64,000 bases of DNA from Parcubacteria group bacterium Gr01-1014_3 (GCA_007376445.1 VMGF01000002.1:167928-231927), one strand, 5' to 3'; positions 43,520-52,838 are shown, counted from the first letter of the stretch. Notes: a model not told the origin generated them from the sequence alone. Made by a program: numbers and translations.

Positions 43520-43591
43520 AGGCCTGTAGCTCAGAGGCTAGAGCATCCGACTCATAATCGGTTGACCAGGGTTCGATTCCCTGCAGGCCCA
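43520..43591 (+). tRNA. tRNA with CAT anticodon (probably Ile2/lysidine type; elongator Met not excluded)
   Basis: GGCCTG/CAGGCC acceptor; loop CT-CAT-AA; lacks the initiator GGG/CCC stem; A1:C72 mismatch. Confidence 0.85.
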
Positions 43592-43639
43592 TACCTTATA
43601 CCCCCAACCTTGGGGGTATTAATTTACAATTTTCAATTA

Positions 43640-44497
43640 TCACTTTTCAAACTTGATCGCGCTAATAGCAAGGAACATTGGGATCTCTTTTCGGATACGA
43701 TTCTCCGCCTTGGCTCGCGGTCCTGGTTCGCTCTCTTTGTGCGATATCCACTCTTCCAGGTTCTCAACTAGAAAACCCGCTTTAGCGAGCGAACCAAAAT
43801 ACGCCGAAAGCGGCCGGTGGAAAGACCAGGTAATTTCCTTTGGTTTATCGCCCGGATGCATCTGGATCGGCACTTTCATCTCCGACATATAACTGTCGAT
43901 GCGGCGATACTGAGATTTCCGCTCTTCGTCCCAGCCCCAGCCGCTTTGGCGTGGAATGCGGAAAACCGGATGATTCATCACGATCACTAACTTACCGCCG
44001 AATTTCAAGATTCGATGAGCTTCACGGAAAACACCATCCATTTCGGCGATATTTTGAACCGTAAGAATCTTTACCACAGCATCAAAGTAATTAGTCTTGA
44101 AGAGGCTTAACTTATCGGCTGGAGCCACTTCATAGCGGATCTTTTTATCCGAACGCTTCCGAGCAATATTGATCAGCTCCGTCGAGACATCAACTCCGAT
44201 AACTTCGGCGCCTTTTTTGAAAAATTCGCGCGCGAAATATCCCTGTCCGCAAGCAAGGTCAAGAATATACTGCCCTTTCCGGAGATCGAGCAATCGCAAA
44301 ACACCAGGTAAAATCACCTGGCTCTGATAGGTACCTTCCCTGCCCTCCATCATCGTGTCGTACCATTTGGCAACTTTGCCCCAGGAGGTTGGTTTATCCC
44401 ACCTAGCTTTCGCTTGGCGAGGCTCGCCCAAAGGTTGGGCGGCTTCTCTTCGCGGACCGCCCCGGCTCGGGCCTGGTCTACCTTCCATTTTTCGCAT
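43640..44497 (-). CDS. Class I SAM-dependent methyltransferase
   Basis: LDLACGQG, GVDVS, NHP, FHRPL. Confidence 0.88.
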   Translation of the reverse strand: MRKMEGRPGPSRGGPRREAAQPLGEPRQAKARWDKPTSWGKVAKWYDTMMEGREGTYQSQVILPGVLRLLDLRKGQYILDLACGQGYFAREFFKKGAEVIGVDVSTELINIARKRSDKKIRYEVAPADKLSLFKTNYFDAVVKILTVQNIAEMDGVFREAHRILKFGGKLVIVMNHPVFRIPRQSGWGWDEERKSQYRRIDSYMSEMKVPIQMHPGDKPKEITWSFHRPLSAYFGSLAKAGFLVENLEEWISHKESEPGPRAKAENRIRKEIPMFLAISAIKFEK

Positions 44498-44542
44498 AGG
44501 ACTATTTTAGCAGAAAAACACATCTTTTGGAAGCTCGAAAAA

Positions 44543-44571
44543 TTGACATTAGGAATAAAAATTTTTAGAAT
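44543..44571 (+). promoter_or_regulatory. Sigma70 promoter
   Basis: TTGACA-17-TAGAAT, followed by a GAGGAGG SD. Confidence 0.7.
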
Positions 44572-44602
44572 AGTACCAGTCTTTTAACAGCGAGGAGGAA
44601 TT

Positions 44603-44953
44603 ATGGACCTAGTGATTCTGTTCGGGTCTTTTGCTAGGCCATTGGCAGTAGTTTTATTCATTGCCTGCGGCTATGTTTTTGCAATTGGAAATGTTTGGCT
44701 ATCTTTAATCCTGGGACTAGCCGGTCTTTGTCTCAGCTTCTTTTCGATAACGACAGCCTCCACGCAACCCTGTACTCCGGAAATAGAGGTCCGGCAACCG
44801 ATAAATTATAATGATCCCGAAACCTGCGTCCTCTGCAAGGCTGAAACGCCATATAAGAAAAACACCCACATCGATCATCGTCAGCACTACATCGAAGGCT
44901 CCGGCCAACTCTGCGAAAAGTGCTTTAAAGAAACTTACGGGGAGGAGTCGTGA
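44603..44953 (+). CDS. Membrane protein with a C-terminal Zn-finger (phage-like)
   Basis: Two TMs; CVLC...HID.R..YIEGSGQLC..C. Confidence 0.65.
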   Translation: MDLVILFGSFARPLAVVLFIACGYVFAIGNVWLSLILGLAGLCLSFFSITTASTQPCTPEIEVRQPINYNDPETCVLCKAETPYKKNTHIDHRQHYIEGSGQLCEKCFKETYGEES

Positions 44954-45156
44954 GCGCCACGTCCTCGCTGATATTCGCCTTCGTCTTTCTCGTATTGTTC
45001 GGTTCTACCTGCCGTTCCATTAGCCGGTGCCTAAAGAAGATGAATACTTCTCAGTCGCAAGGCTTGGTCTGGACCCTACACGGCCTGACAATTCTCGCGC
45101 TGGTTGCTTTTGTGCTATCCCTTTACTTCGCCGTGGTGACTTTCACAAAATCATAA
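44950..45156 (+). CDS. Small two-TM protein
   Basis: GTGA overlap with the upstream stop; GGAGGAG SD. Confidence 0.55.
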   Translation: MSATSSLIFAFVFLVLFGSTCRSISRCLKKMNTSQSQGLVWTLHGLTILALVAFVLSLYFAVVTFTKS

Positions 45157-45196
45157 AACCGCCCAATAAGGGCGGTTTTTTATACTAAATAAAAAC

Positions 45197-45979
45197 CTAG
45201 GAGGGCCATTCGGGGCCTTTAGACTCAATTTGTCCGATCCGATCCAGGAATTTAATCAGAAGCCATCCTTCGTCCAACTCGAACCACCGCTCGCCCGTAC
45301 GTAATCTGGGGCTACTTTGATATTTGTGGTGATTGTTGTGCAATCCTTCGCCACAGGTTAGAAAAGCGATGAATCGGTTGTTGTAGGCGTCGGCGTCTTT
45401 ATAGGTTTTATAACCCCTCTTGTGACAGTGCGAGTTAACTAATCCGGTAGCAAGAAGATAATCGAGGCCGAGAAGAAGATGCGCGCCCGCGCCGAACAAT
45501 ACACCGATGAAAAAACCTAAACTTAACAACCATCCAAACACACCAAAAACAACACAGACTAGTATGAAACCAGATAATAGGCCTAAATTACTATGCTTAT
45601 CTAACCAGTCATACGTAGGAACTCCCTTTCCCCAATAATTAAGATCAATTTTTTTGGCTTCGCTCTGGTAAAGAAAAATATTCCCGAGCAGAACACTCCA
45701 ATAACCATTCACGAATGGGCTGTGAGGATCGCCTTCAATGTCGGTATATTTATGATGCTTTCGATGAACAGCCGCGAATTCTCTTGGTATAGATCCTAGA
45801 AGCAGCCAGCAGCTAACGCGGAAGATCATTTCCGCGGGCCTTTTTAGTTTAAAGGAGAAATGCGTGAGAGAGCGATGAAGGTAAACGGTGGTAGTAAGTT
45901 TCGCGACCTTGCTTATAATCCGCTCATAAAGAATGCTCGCGATCAAAATTATGATCACCGACGTCCAGGTGGTTGTCAT
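45197..45979 (-). CDS. Membrane fatty-acid (delta-9-like) desaturase
   Basis: Three His boxes HRSLTH, HRKHH, HNNHH; D..GDPHSP; GEG. Confidence 0.9.
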   Translation of the reverse strand: MTTTWTSVIIILIASILYERIISKVAKLTTTVYLHRSLTHFSFKLKRPAEMIFRVSCWLLLGSIPREFAAVHRKHHKYTDIEGDPHSPFVNGYWSVLLGNIFLYQSEAKKIDLNYWGKGVPTYDWLDKHSNLGLLSGFILVCVVFGVFGWLLSLGFFIGVLFGAGAHLLLGLDYLLATGLVNSHCHKRGYKTYKDADAYNNRFIAFLTCGEGLHNNHHKYQSSPRLRTGERWFELDEGWLLIKFLDRIGQIESKGPEWPS

Positions 45980-46028
45980 TCTGAAACTCCTTGGATTTCA
46001 AGAAACTGCTATTAGCCTAAACGAAAAT

Positions 46029-46247
46029 CTAAAGAATTTCAACAATCTTCTTTTTTGAGGTGTGGCCGGCGACAATTCGCACAGCGCCAGCTGGAACCTT
46101 AAAATATTTCGCGATGGCCGAAATAACCGCGCCGTTCGCCTTCCCCTGCACCGGCGGTTCTTTTACCGATACACGATAATTTATCTCGTCGAGCTTTTCT
46201 ACTGATTGCTCATGAGCATTGGCCTTCACCTGAATAAAAATCTTCAT
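46029..46247 (-). CDS. DUF167/YggU family protein
   Basis: V.EPPVQGKAN, G.TSKKK. Confidence 0.9.
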   Translation of the reverse strand: MKIFIQVKANAHEQSVEKLDEINYRVSVKEPPVQGKANGAVISAIAKYFKVPAGAVRIVAGHTSKKKIVEIL

Positions 46248-46284
46248 CTTTATATTATATCAATAAAAAAACCGCCATTGGCGG

Positions 46285-46485
46285 TTAGTGTGAGATTGAT
46301 GTATTCGTGAACCACGAGGACCACTTCCAATAAGTTATGTGCCAGCCACATTTTTTACAAGTCTTACTAACCCTTGGCTCTCTTGTTGCGGACATCATCA
46401 AGATCGGCTTTTCAACCATGATCTCTTCCATTTCCCAATCATGCTTACAAAAGACTTGCCGAAGATAATTGACGAACCAGCGCAT
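46285..46485 (-). CDS. Small phage-like Zn-ribbon protein
   Basis: GGAGG SD; FCKHDW...CKKCG; start reassigned to 46485. Confidence 0.6.
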   Translation of the reverse strand: MRWFVNYLRQVFCKHDWEMEEIMVEKPILMMSATREPRVSKTCKKCGWHITYWKWSSWFTNTSISH

Positions 46486-46558
46486 ACAACCTCCAATAGA
46501 AACTAGTGTGATGATAAATAATAAACATGTATCTGTCAAGAAATAAAAAGGCCCAGCT

Positions 46559-47398
46559 TTATACTGAGCCTAGCTTCTGGAAAGTCTTCACGGCGTTCAT
46601 GAAGTACGCTTCGGCTTTCTTTCGATTGTATTTATCGTTTCCGTATCCTTCACCGAGCTTGTCGCGAAGGCCGCCTTCCGCGTCGATCGAGAATCTGACA
46701 CCGTCAAGCTTATTGCCCATGCGACGCTTGATCTCCGTCAATGATTTCGCGACTGTCTTACCATTCAAGCCACCGGCAAATCCCAACTTAGATGCCGAGC
46801 AAAAATCCAGCATATTCTTGGCCACGAACGTGGCAAGCTGTGGATTCAGCGGAGTTCCTGTGCCACCAGAAGCATCAATCAGGAAATGATCGGCGTACGG
46901 CTCCATCTTGGCAACGCTATGCATCATCACATTGATCGGAAAATCCGTCAGAAATTCTTTGTGCATTTGAATTATAATTTTCAGCTGCGGATACTTTTCG
47001 CGAATGCGCGCCATCTGATCTGGCGTAATTTTAGTCAGCACTTTATTAAGCTGTAATCCTTTTACGATTTGAGGATCATGCCCGCCCATCTTTTCAAAGA
47101 TCTCATCGACCGAACTCTTAAGCTCCGCGAAATTCTTCGCGCTGAAATGAATTACGGTAAAAATCTCTTTGTGATACGAAATGGCATGGTCAAAAATTCC
47201 CCAAATTTCTTCAATGGCCGGTAATCTCCTGTTCTGATTCTTCTCGCCGCGTAAACTGCGTTCGGTAACTTGAACTCCGATCTGCGGGGCGTGTAATGGG
47301 TAGCCGGTTTTGCACAAAACCCGCTGAACCATTTTGGCGGTCCAGATCGCGTCAAACATGCTGGTGATGCCAACGATACCGATATACGGTCGTTCCAT
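46559..47398 (-). CDS. Divergent phosphoribosylanthranilate isomerase-like TIM-barrel protein
   Basis: YIGIVGIT, GLQLN, LIDASGGTG, GFAGGL, IDAEGGLR. Confidence 0.65.
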   Translation of the reverse strand: MERPYIGIVGITSMFDAIWTAKMVQRVLCKTGYPLHAPQIGVQVTERSLRGEKNQNRRLPAIEEIWGIFDHAISYHKEIFTVIHFSAKNFAELKSSVDEIFEKMGGHDPQIVKGLQLNKVLTKITPDQMARIREKYPQLKIIIQMHKEFLTDFPINVMMHSVAKMEPYADHFLIDASGGTGTPLNPQLATFVAKNMLDFCSASKLGFAGGLNGKTVAKSLTEIKRRMGNKLDGVRFSIDAEGGLRDKLGEGYGNDKYNRKKAEAYFMNAVKTFQKLGSV

Positions 47399-47436
47399 TT
47401 CGTCCCCTTTTTCAATGTGCGTAGGGAAATTTTAAC

Positions 47437-47994
47437 TTAATCTAAAAGTTTTCTCAACAACTCATCCCAAGTTTTGACGCGAGAAAAGGCCGGGGTATCC
47501 GAAAAAACCCCGTGTTGATCAAAAAGGTATTTATTTTTCACGCTGGCTAAAACATCCAGGATCCGAATCTCATCGTCCACATAATGCGTGACTCCCAAGC
47601 GGCGCGCCTCAGTCTCTTTATCGATCGGATCTTTTACGAAAAACGCGTTCGCTTCATTAAAATACAGCGGCCAGAGGTCATGTTTTTTTAAAAGTTCTTT
47701 GGCAACAGCGGCATTCTGTCGTCGAGAAATAAGATAAAATGGCATTTTTGATTCCTTAACCGCCGATAATCCCGCCAAAGCGCCATCTAGCATGGGCGAT
47801 TGAAGCGCGTAATTTGGATCGTCATAAAGCTCGTGTTGAATTTCATGCAAAATCGGCCCAGGAATATAGTTCCGGATCAAGGATGAGACGGTCTGCTCCG
47901 GTTTTAAGACAAAGCCTCGCTTTGCGGCGAGAAGGATCTTTGGCATAGTGTGGTCGATGATGACTCCGTCCATATCGAATCCGAATATTTTCAT
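47437..47994 (-). CDS. HAD-superfamily phosphatase (5'-nucleotidase-like)
   Basis: FDMDGV, ISRR, K, YVDD. Confidence 0.8.
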   Translation of the reverse strand: MKIFGFDMDGVIIDHTMPKILLAAKRGFVLKPEQTVSSLIRNYIPGPILHEIQHELYDDPNYALQSPMLDGALAGLSAVKESKMPFYLISRRQNAAVAKELLKKHDLWPLYFNEANAFFVKDPIDKETEARRLGVTHYVDDEIRILDVLASVKNKYLFDQHGVFSDTPAFSRVKTWDELLRKLLD

Positions 47995-48024
47995 AATAGT
48001 TTTAATATAGCAGAAACTTATTCA

Positions 48025-48069
48025 TCCCGCACCTTGCTTCTACGCGTAGAAGCAAGGTGCGGGATTGAC
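48025..48069. mobile_element. Perfect 40-bp palindrome with the same end signature as the CCCGTTAGA elements
   Basis: tcccgcaccttgcttctacg|cgtagaagcaaggtgcggga; preceded by TTCAT, followed by TTGAC. Confidence 0.7.
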
Positions 48070-48168
48070 AACTCGGCAAATAAATCTTTTTTTGGCTTTT
48101 TTCTTGTAAAAGATTGTATTACTCTACTATATAGTGCTTTGACAAAATTCCATTGAAAGGAAAAGGCC

Positions 48169-48861
48169 ATGCCAAAGTGGAACATCGCGCGTGATGAATA
48201 TTTTAAAAGATTGAATCTGCAGCCGATCGATTTTCTGGAGCGCATCCGCGTACCTAAATTGGATCGCTTAACTGCAGTTATTCCATTGAGGGATATTGCC
48301 GTGGTTGAAGCGGTTTCTGTCATTCATAAAGATCTTCTTGGCGAACTGATCAAAAAGATCACCACTCTCGACAAGCAAAATCTTTGCGCGCAGCCGCGCT
48401 TTACGATTACCAAGCTCGACCCGCGCTCGCTTAAGATCGGGCAGAAATTCGTGTACAGGGAAACTTATCAGAGCATCGTGGAGCACATGGCCGATAAATT
48501 CTCAGACTACGCGATGTCGGCTCGCGGCTTCAGCGATCTCGGCGCGTATTTTGTCTTCGGACAAGACACTGCCGGCGCCTACTCCATGGCCTGTTATCTG
48601 CCTCCCATTATTGAGCGGCATGGCGACGACCTGGTGGTGATGGACGGCATTCACCGCAACTTTCTGGCTAAGCAGATGGGTATCACGCTGAACGCTATCG
48701 TGCTGGAAAACGTTTCGGCGCCATTCCCCTGCGCGGTCAAGAGCTGGTCGGAAATCCAAGTAATTCCCGTGGCTGATAAACCAAAGGCTCTCGAGGACCG
48801 ATATTTCAGTCTACGAAAAGAGCTGTTCCGTGATCTAAAATATTTAGGGATTGATGGATGA
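48169..48861 (+). CDS. Protein with a ParB/sulfiredoxin-like motif
   Basis: LPPIIE....VVMDGIHR. Confidence 0.6.
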   Translation: MPKWNIARDEYFKRLNLQPIDFLERIRVPKLDRLTAVIPLRDIAVVEAVSVIHKDLLGELIKKITTLDKQNLCAQPRFTITKLDPRSLKIGQKFVYRETYQSIVEHMADKFSDYAMSARGFSDLGAYFVFGQDTAGAYSMACYLPPIIERHGDDLVVMDGIHRNFLAKQMGITLNAIVLENVSAPFPCAVKSWSEIQVIPVADKPKALEDRYFSLRKELFRDLKYLGIDG

Positions 48862-49385
48862 TAAAACAACCGCCGGAAGAAATTCACTGCCATGCTAAGG
48901 CCATGGAGATCTTCGTCAAGAAAGCGCACGAAGCAAAGTTATACCGGCCGGTGGCCGTGGCGATCATCCAGAACCGCCATAACAAGATTCTCATCGTGGA
49001 ATCGGCAAAGAATAAAAATGAATCCAATCCGCCTCAAGGCGGCATTGAAGAAGACGAGGAGATCATTGACGCTCTCTTCCGGGAAATAAAGGAAGAGGTT
49101 GGCATCAGCAAAAAACACTTGAAACTAACCGCCTACTTAGGCGTCCAGGATCTGGACTCACAGAAATCCAAGCGGGGCGCTCGCGGATTCGCTCTCGGAA
49201 AAAGATATTTCTTTTTTTGTCTGCGATATCGCGGACCCGCGAAGATCAAGATCCAGAAGTCGGAAGTGAAAAATTACCGCTGGGTTCGGCTCGGCGCCAT
49301 GAAACGGGCCCTAGCCAAGACCCGGCGAAGCAAGCGTTTAATGTTGCTGGAATTTTTCCAGCGGGCCGGGCCTTATCTAACCTAA
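48858..49385 (+). CDS. NUDIX hydrolase (RppH-like)
   Basis: YRP.AVAII.N, PQGGIEEDE....A..REIKEEVG; ATGA overlap. Confidence 0.85.
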   Translation: MIKQPPEEIHCHAKAMEIFVKKAHEAKLYRPVAVAIIQNRHNKILIVESAKNKNESNPPQGGIEEDEEIIDALFREIKEEVGISKKHLKLTAYLGVQDLDSQKSKRGARGFALGKRYFFFCLRYRGPAKIKIQKSEVKNYRWVRLGAMKRALAKTRRSKRLMLLEFFQRAGPYLT

Positions 49386-49395
49386 GGAGGGAAAG

Positions 49396-50118
49396 ATGGC
49401 CACGAATGAAAAAATATTTGAAGAAAAGGCCCAGACAATCCTGAAATACCTGAAAAGCTCGAAGCGATACGACGAAAGCTTTATGCCAAGACCATTCTTC
49501 ATTGAATTCACCGGGTCACCTTCAGCTGGCAAAACTACGACTATCACCGAGTTGGACAAGTTCCTTCGTCGGCAAGGCTTCAGAGTTTTACGCCCACAAG
49601 AAGGCGCCGAAGTGGTCCGCCATATTTCCCGCTCTACACCGCTTTATAACATCCGAACGGCGCTCTATGCGCTTGTGATGCTGATCGATCTAAGCCATGG
49701 CCACCTTTATGATATCGTTATCTTCGATCGCTGCGCTTTCGATGCTTATAGCTGGATGATGTACTGGGAAGAAAAGGAACAGCTTGGCGAAGACGAAAAG
49801 ATGCTTCTGCAGTCCTTCTTCCTCTCCCGTTTCTGGATAGACAAGATCGATGCCGCTTACTTCATGGTCTGCAATCCCGAGATAGCGATGCAACGCGAAC
49901 AACGGATCGCTCTTAGCCAAAAATTGGGCGAAACGACAAACCCGAAAACTATCCATTCCTTGATCGGCCGCTACCGAACCGCCCACATAGAATTGTCTCC
50001 GAGGTTCAAACAACTTCAGCTCATTGATACCACGCAGATGGGCGAACAAGAAATGGTAGAAATGATCGCCAAGAAGACCCTGGATATTCTAGAACAGAAA
50101 GCCAAGACCTCTCGATAG
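49396..50118 (+). CDS. Thymidylate/deoxynucleoside-monophosphate kinase-like P-loop protein
   Basis: FIEFTGSPSAGKTT, IFDR, P..A..R. Confidence 0.75.
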   Translation: MATNEKIFEEKAQTILKYLKSSKRYDESFMPRPFFIEFTGSPSAGKTTTITELDKFLRRQGFRVLRPQEGAEVVRHISRSTPLYNIRTALYALVMLIDLSHGHLYDIVIFDRCAFDAYSWMMYWEEKEQLGEDEKMLLQSFFLSRFWIDKIDAAYFMVCNPEIAMQREQRIALSQKLGETTNPKTIHSLIGRYRTAHIELSPRFKQLQLIDTTQMGEQEMVEMIAKKTLDILEQKAKTSR

Positions 50119-50138
50119 AGAGGTCTTTTTTAATTTCA

Positions 50139-50600
50139 CTATCGGAATCTTATCGAAACCCTCACATCCGCATCATGTTCTGGAAGACCAGATGGATTAT
50201 CCTTTTGGAAAACCAGCGTGCCGGTATCGGTCGCCGGGGCTTTAAATTCCAAGGTCGCCTCAAATGGCACAAGCTCAATAGTCATCCAGTTGTCCTGCGC
50301 CTGCGCGACAGCTATCGCGATCTGATTGCCATTGCCGTCTAAAAGCTTGATCGGGAAAGATGCCTCAAAATACCAGATCCCCCTCGCCTCTCCGGTGATC
50401 TTGAACGGACTTTTGATTATGGAATTGGCCAAACTCTTATCCAACTTCACCACATCACCAAGATTAATAACGGAGTTACCACTAGGCTGATTGCTATCAA
50501 TGATCAGCTCCGGAACATCCGGTGTCCGGCTGGTATAAAAAATCACGCCCGCGATAACCGCGACTAAAGCCATGATCGATAATGCAACAAGGTTTTTCAT
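50139..50600 (-). CDS. Membrane-anchored Gmad2-like immunoglobulin-domain protein
   Basis: ITGEARG.WYFEASFPI, WM, DNPSG. Confidence 0.8.
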   Translation of the reverse strand: MKNLVALSIMALVAVIAGVIFYTSRTPDVPELIIDSNQPSGNSVINLGDVVKLDKSLANSIIKSPFKITGEARGIWYFEASFPIKLLDGNGNQIAIAVAQAQDNWMTIELVPFEATLEFKAPATDTGTLVFQKDNPSGLPEHDADVRVSIRFR

Positions 50601-50681
50601 AAATTAACTAATAACGAATTTGTTACGAATAAGCAAATATACGAATATGTGCCGATTCGTTTATTCGTATATTAGTTCAGA

Positions 50682-51377
50682 TTAGTTATTCGTTAATTTG
50701 GTGAAATCCGCCAGAGTTAAAGCTTTCTCTTTTTTTCCTCCGGAGGAGGATCCGCCTCTGGCGGAAAATTGACCTACCCGCGTCCTCTCCAGGCCGGCCA
50801 AATACCCGCCAACTTTTAATTTTTTGCCCAAATCCCGCGCCAATGAACGGATATAAACTCCTGGGCCGGTCACCACCCGCAATTCTAAAAATGGCCACTT
50901 ATATTTCAATAAGGAGATCTTTTTAATGAATGCCGGGCGGGATTTCATCTTAACTTTCTGACCTTTCCTGGCGAGCTTATAAGCTTCTTTGCCGGCGATC
51001 TTGATCGCGCTGAAAATCGGCGGTGTCTGGCGGATATTTCCAACGAATTTTTTCATTGCCACGCGAATCTCTTTCAGCTCCGGTTTCTTGGAAAATTCAA
51101 CCGCGGATTTTTCACCTTCATCATCGTCGGTCGTGCTGTAAAATCCTAGCTTAATCTTGGCTAGATATTCTTTTTCTTTTTTGACGACTTCGCCGAGTTG
51201 TTTTGTGCCAGGACGGCCGATGCCGATCACCAGAACACCGCTGGCCAGCGGATCTAAAGTTCCAGCATGCCCGATCTTGCGGATGCCGGTGATTTTCCGG
51301 AGGCGGTTCAAAAAGCCGTTAGAAGTCGGTCCTTTCGGTTTATACGCGCCATAAATACCTTCAATGGTCTTCTTCAT
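50682..51377 (-). CDS. truB: tRNA pseudouridine(55) synthase
   Basis: KPKG.TS, GHAGTLDPLASGVL, PP.FSA.K, G.YIRSLARDLG. Confidence 0.96.
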   Translation of the reverse strand: MKKTIEGIYGAYKPKGPTSNGFLNRLRKITGIRKIGHAGTLDPLASGVLVIGIGRPGTKQLGEVVKKEKEYLAKIKLGFYSTTDDDEGEKSAVEFSKKPELKEIRVAMKKFVGNIRQTPPIFSAIKIAGKEAYKLARKGQKVKMKSRPAFIKKISLLKYKWPFLELRVVTGPGVYIRSLARDLGKKLKVGGYLAGLERTRVGQFSARGGSSSGGKKEKALTLADFTKLTNN

Positions 51378-51976
51378 TAGACGAATTTTTGGATCTGGGG
51401 CAAAAGTTGCTCGATCGCTATGTGACGGTGCCCTATCTTCGACTCTTCGGCAATCGTCATTTCTCCCAAGGCCTTGCCGATCTTCGGAACGTAAAATAAA
51501 GAACGGAACGGAAATCCGGGAGTAATTTTAGAAACCGTTTTTTCCAAGATAAACCCGCGGGTAATTCCCTCCGCCAGGATCGGCTTGGAATCTTTTGTAT
51601 GTTTGATCGCGACTACCACTCTAAATTGCGCGCCTCTCCTGCCAAATGGCACGCCCTTAAGCTTTTCCAGGGCAGTGTCTATCAACTCTTCGTCGGTACA
51701 CTTCCGACCAAGCCATCGGCGGGATAAAACTCCCGGCTCGCCGTTCAGATAATCAATTTCCAGGCCGGAATCCTCGGCCAAAACCGGCTTATCAAAAAGC
51801 GGGGCGTAATATTCCACTTTTTTAATAGCATTCTCTTCGAAAGTTTTACCGTCTTCCTCCGGCTCATCCTGAACTTTTAAATCTTTGAGTGTATATAATT
51901 TAAAATCCGCGCCTAAGAGCGCCTGATATTCAATGATCTTTCCCGGATTATGCGTCGCGATGATTAACTCTTTCAT
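51377..51976 (-). CDS. rdgB: Non-canonical purine NTP pyrophosphatase (HAM1/RdgB)
   Basis: ATHNPGK..E, EEDG.TFEENA..K, EDSGL, PG..S.R, HR. Confidence 0.9.
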   Translation of the reverse strand: MKELIIATHNPGKIIEYQALLGADFKLYTLKDLKVQDEPEEDGKTFEENAIKKVEYYAPLFDKPVLAEDSGLEIDYLNGEPGVLSRRWLGRKCTDEELIDTALEKLKGVPFGRRGAQFRVVVAIKHTKDSKPILAEGITRGFILEKTVSKITPGFPFRSLFYVPKIGKALGEMTIAEESKIGHRHIAIEQLLPQIQKFV

Positions 51977-51986
51977 TTGCGCCAAA

Positions 51987-52835
51987 TTATATCACAAAAC
52001 AAGATTTTAGTATATCCAGATTATCCTTATCCGGTCCGAGATCATCAAATCCCGGCACCTCCAACATCCAGGCCTTATTATGCAAAGATTTTTCACTGGC
52101 TAAATTACGAAAACCCTCCAAGCCGATCTTTCCAACGCCAAGATTCTCGTGGCGGTCGTGATGTGAATCGCATTCGCTCTTAGAATCGTTGATATGCATC
52201 GCCACTAGATTTTCCAAACCGATGTGCCGATCAATTTCTTTCAAGAGCTTCTTAATATTATCTGACTCGTAAGATTTAATAATTCCGGACTCAAAAATAT
52301 GCGCCGTATCCAGACAAAATTTCGCCCGCGGTGAATCCGCTAATTTTAAGATTCGGCCGATCTCTTCGGGATCCGATCCGATCTTGGTTCCTCCGCCGGC
52401 GCCGTTCTCCAGGATCAACTGAGCCTTGCCGGGCACGGATTCCAGCGCTAGCCGCATGCCTTCAGCCACTTTTTTCACCGCGCGGCCGTTATCTCCATCT
52501 TTGGCGGAGCCGACATGAAAAATTAAACCATTCGCGCCGAGCATTTCGACGATCTTGAGATGCGCGGTTAAATTATCCACCGATTTAAACCAAAGGTCAG
52601 CGTTATCGCTCGCCAGATTCACCAAATAGCTGGCATGCAAATAAACCTCCGCGATTTCACTTTCTTTCCAATGCTTCTGAAATGCCTCAATCTCCGTCTT
52701 GGACGGAAATTTAACCGACCATTGTCGCGGTGACGAACCGAAAAACTGCACTGCCCTGGCCCCTAAACGAGTTCCATTCTCAATTGCCTGGTACAATCCG
52801 CCGGCCGTCGAAACATGCGCTCCGAGTTTTAACAT
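51987..52835 (-). CDS. nfo: Endonuclease IV
   Basis: GAHVS, HASYLVNL, FHVG, LEN, DTAH, HINDSK, DRHEN. Confidence 0.95.
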   Translation of the reverse strand: MLKLGAHVSTAGGLYQAIENGTRLGARAVQFFGSSPRQWSVKFPSKTEIEAFQKHWKESEIAEVYLHASYLVNLASDNADLWFKSVDNLTAHLKIVEMLGANGLIFHVGSAKDGDNGRAVKKVAEGMRLALESVPGKAQLILENGAGGGTKIGSDPEEIGRILKLADSPRAKFCLDTAHIFESGIIKSYESDNIKKLLKEIDRHIGLENLVAMHINDSKSECDSHHDRHENLGVGKIGLEGFRNLASEKSLHNKAWMLEVPGFDDLGPDKDNLDILKSCFVI

Positions 52836-52838
52836 TAA

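Noticed and set aside
46559-47398. Calling this gene trpF of tryptophan biosynthesis
   Set aside because: Longer and divergent, lacks the KICG start, and has no other trp genes nearby.
48018-48323. 101-aa - strand ORF
   Set aside because: Overlaps the + strand operon start and reads through the palindrome; no SD or recognisable motif.
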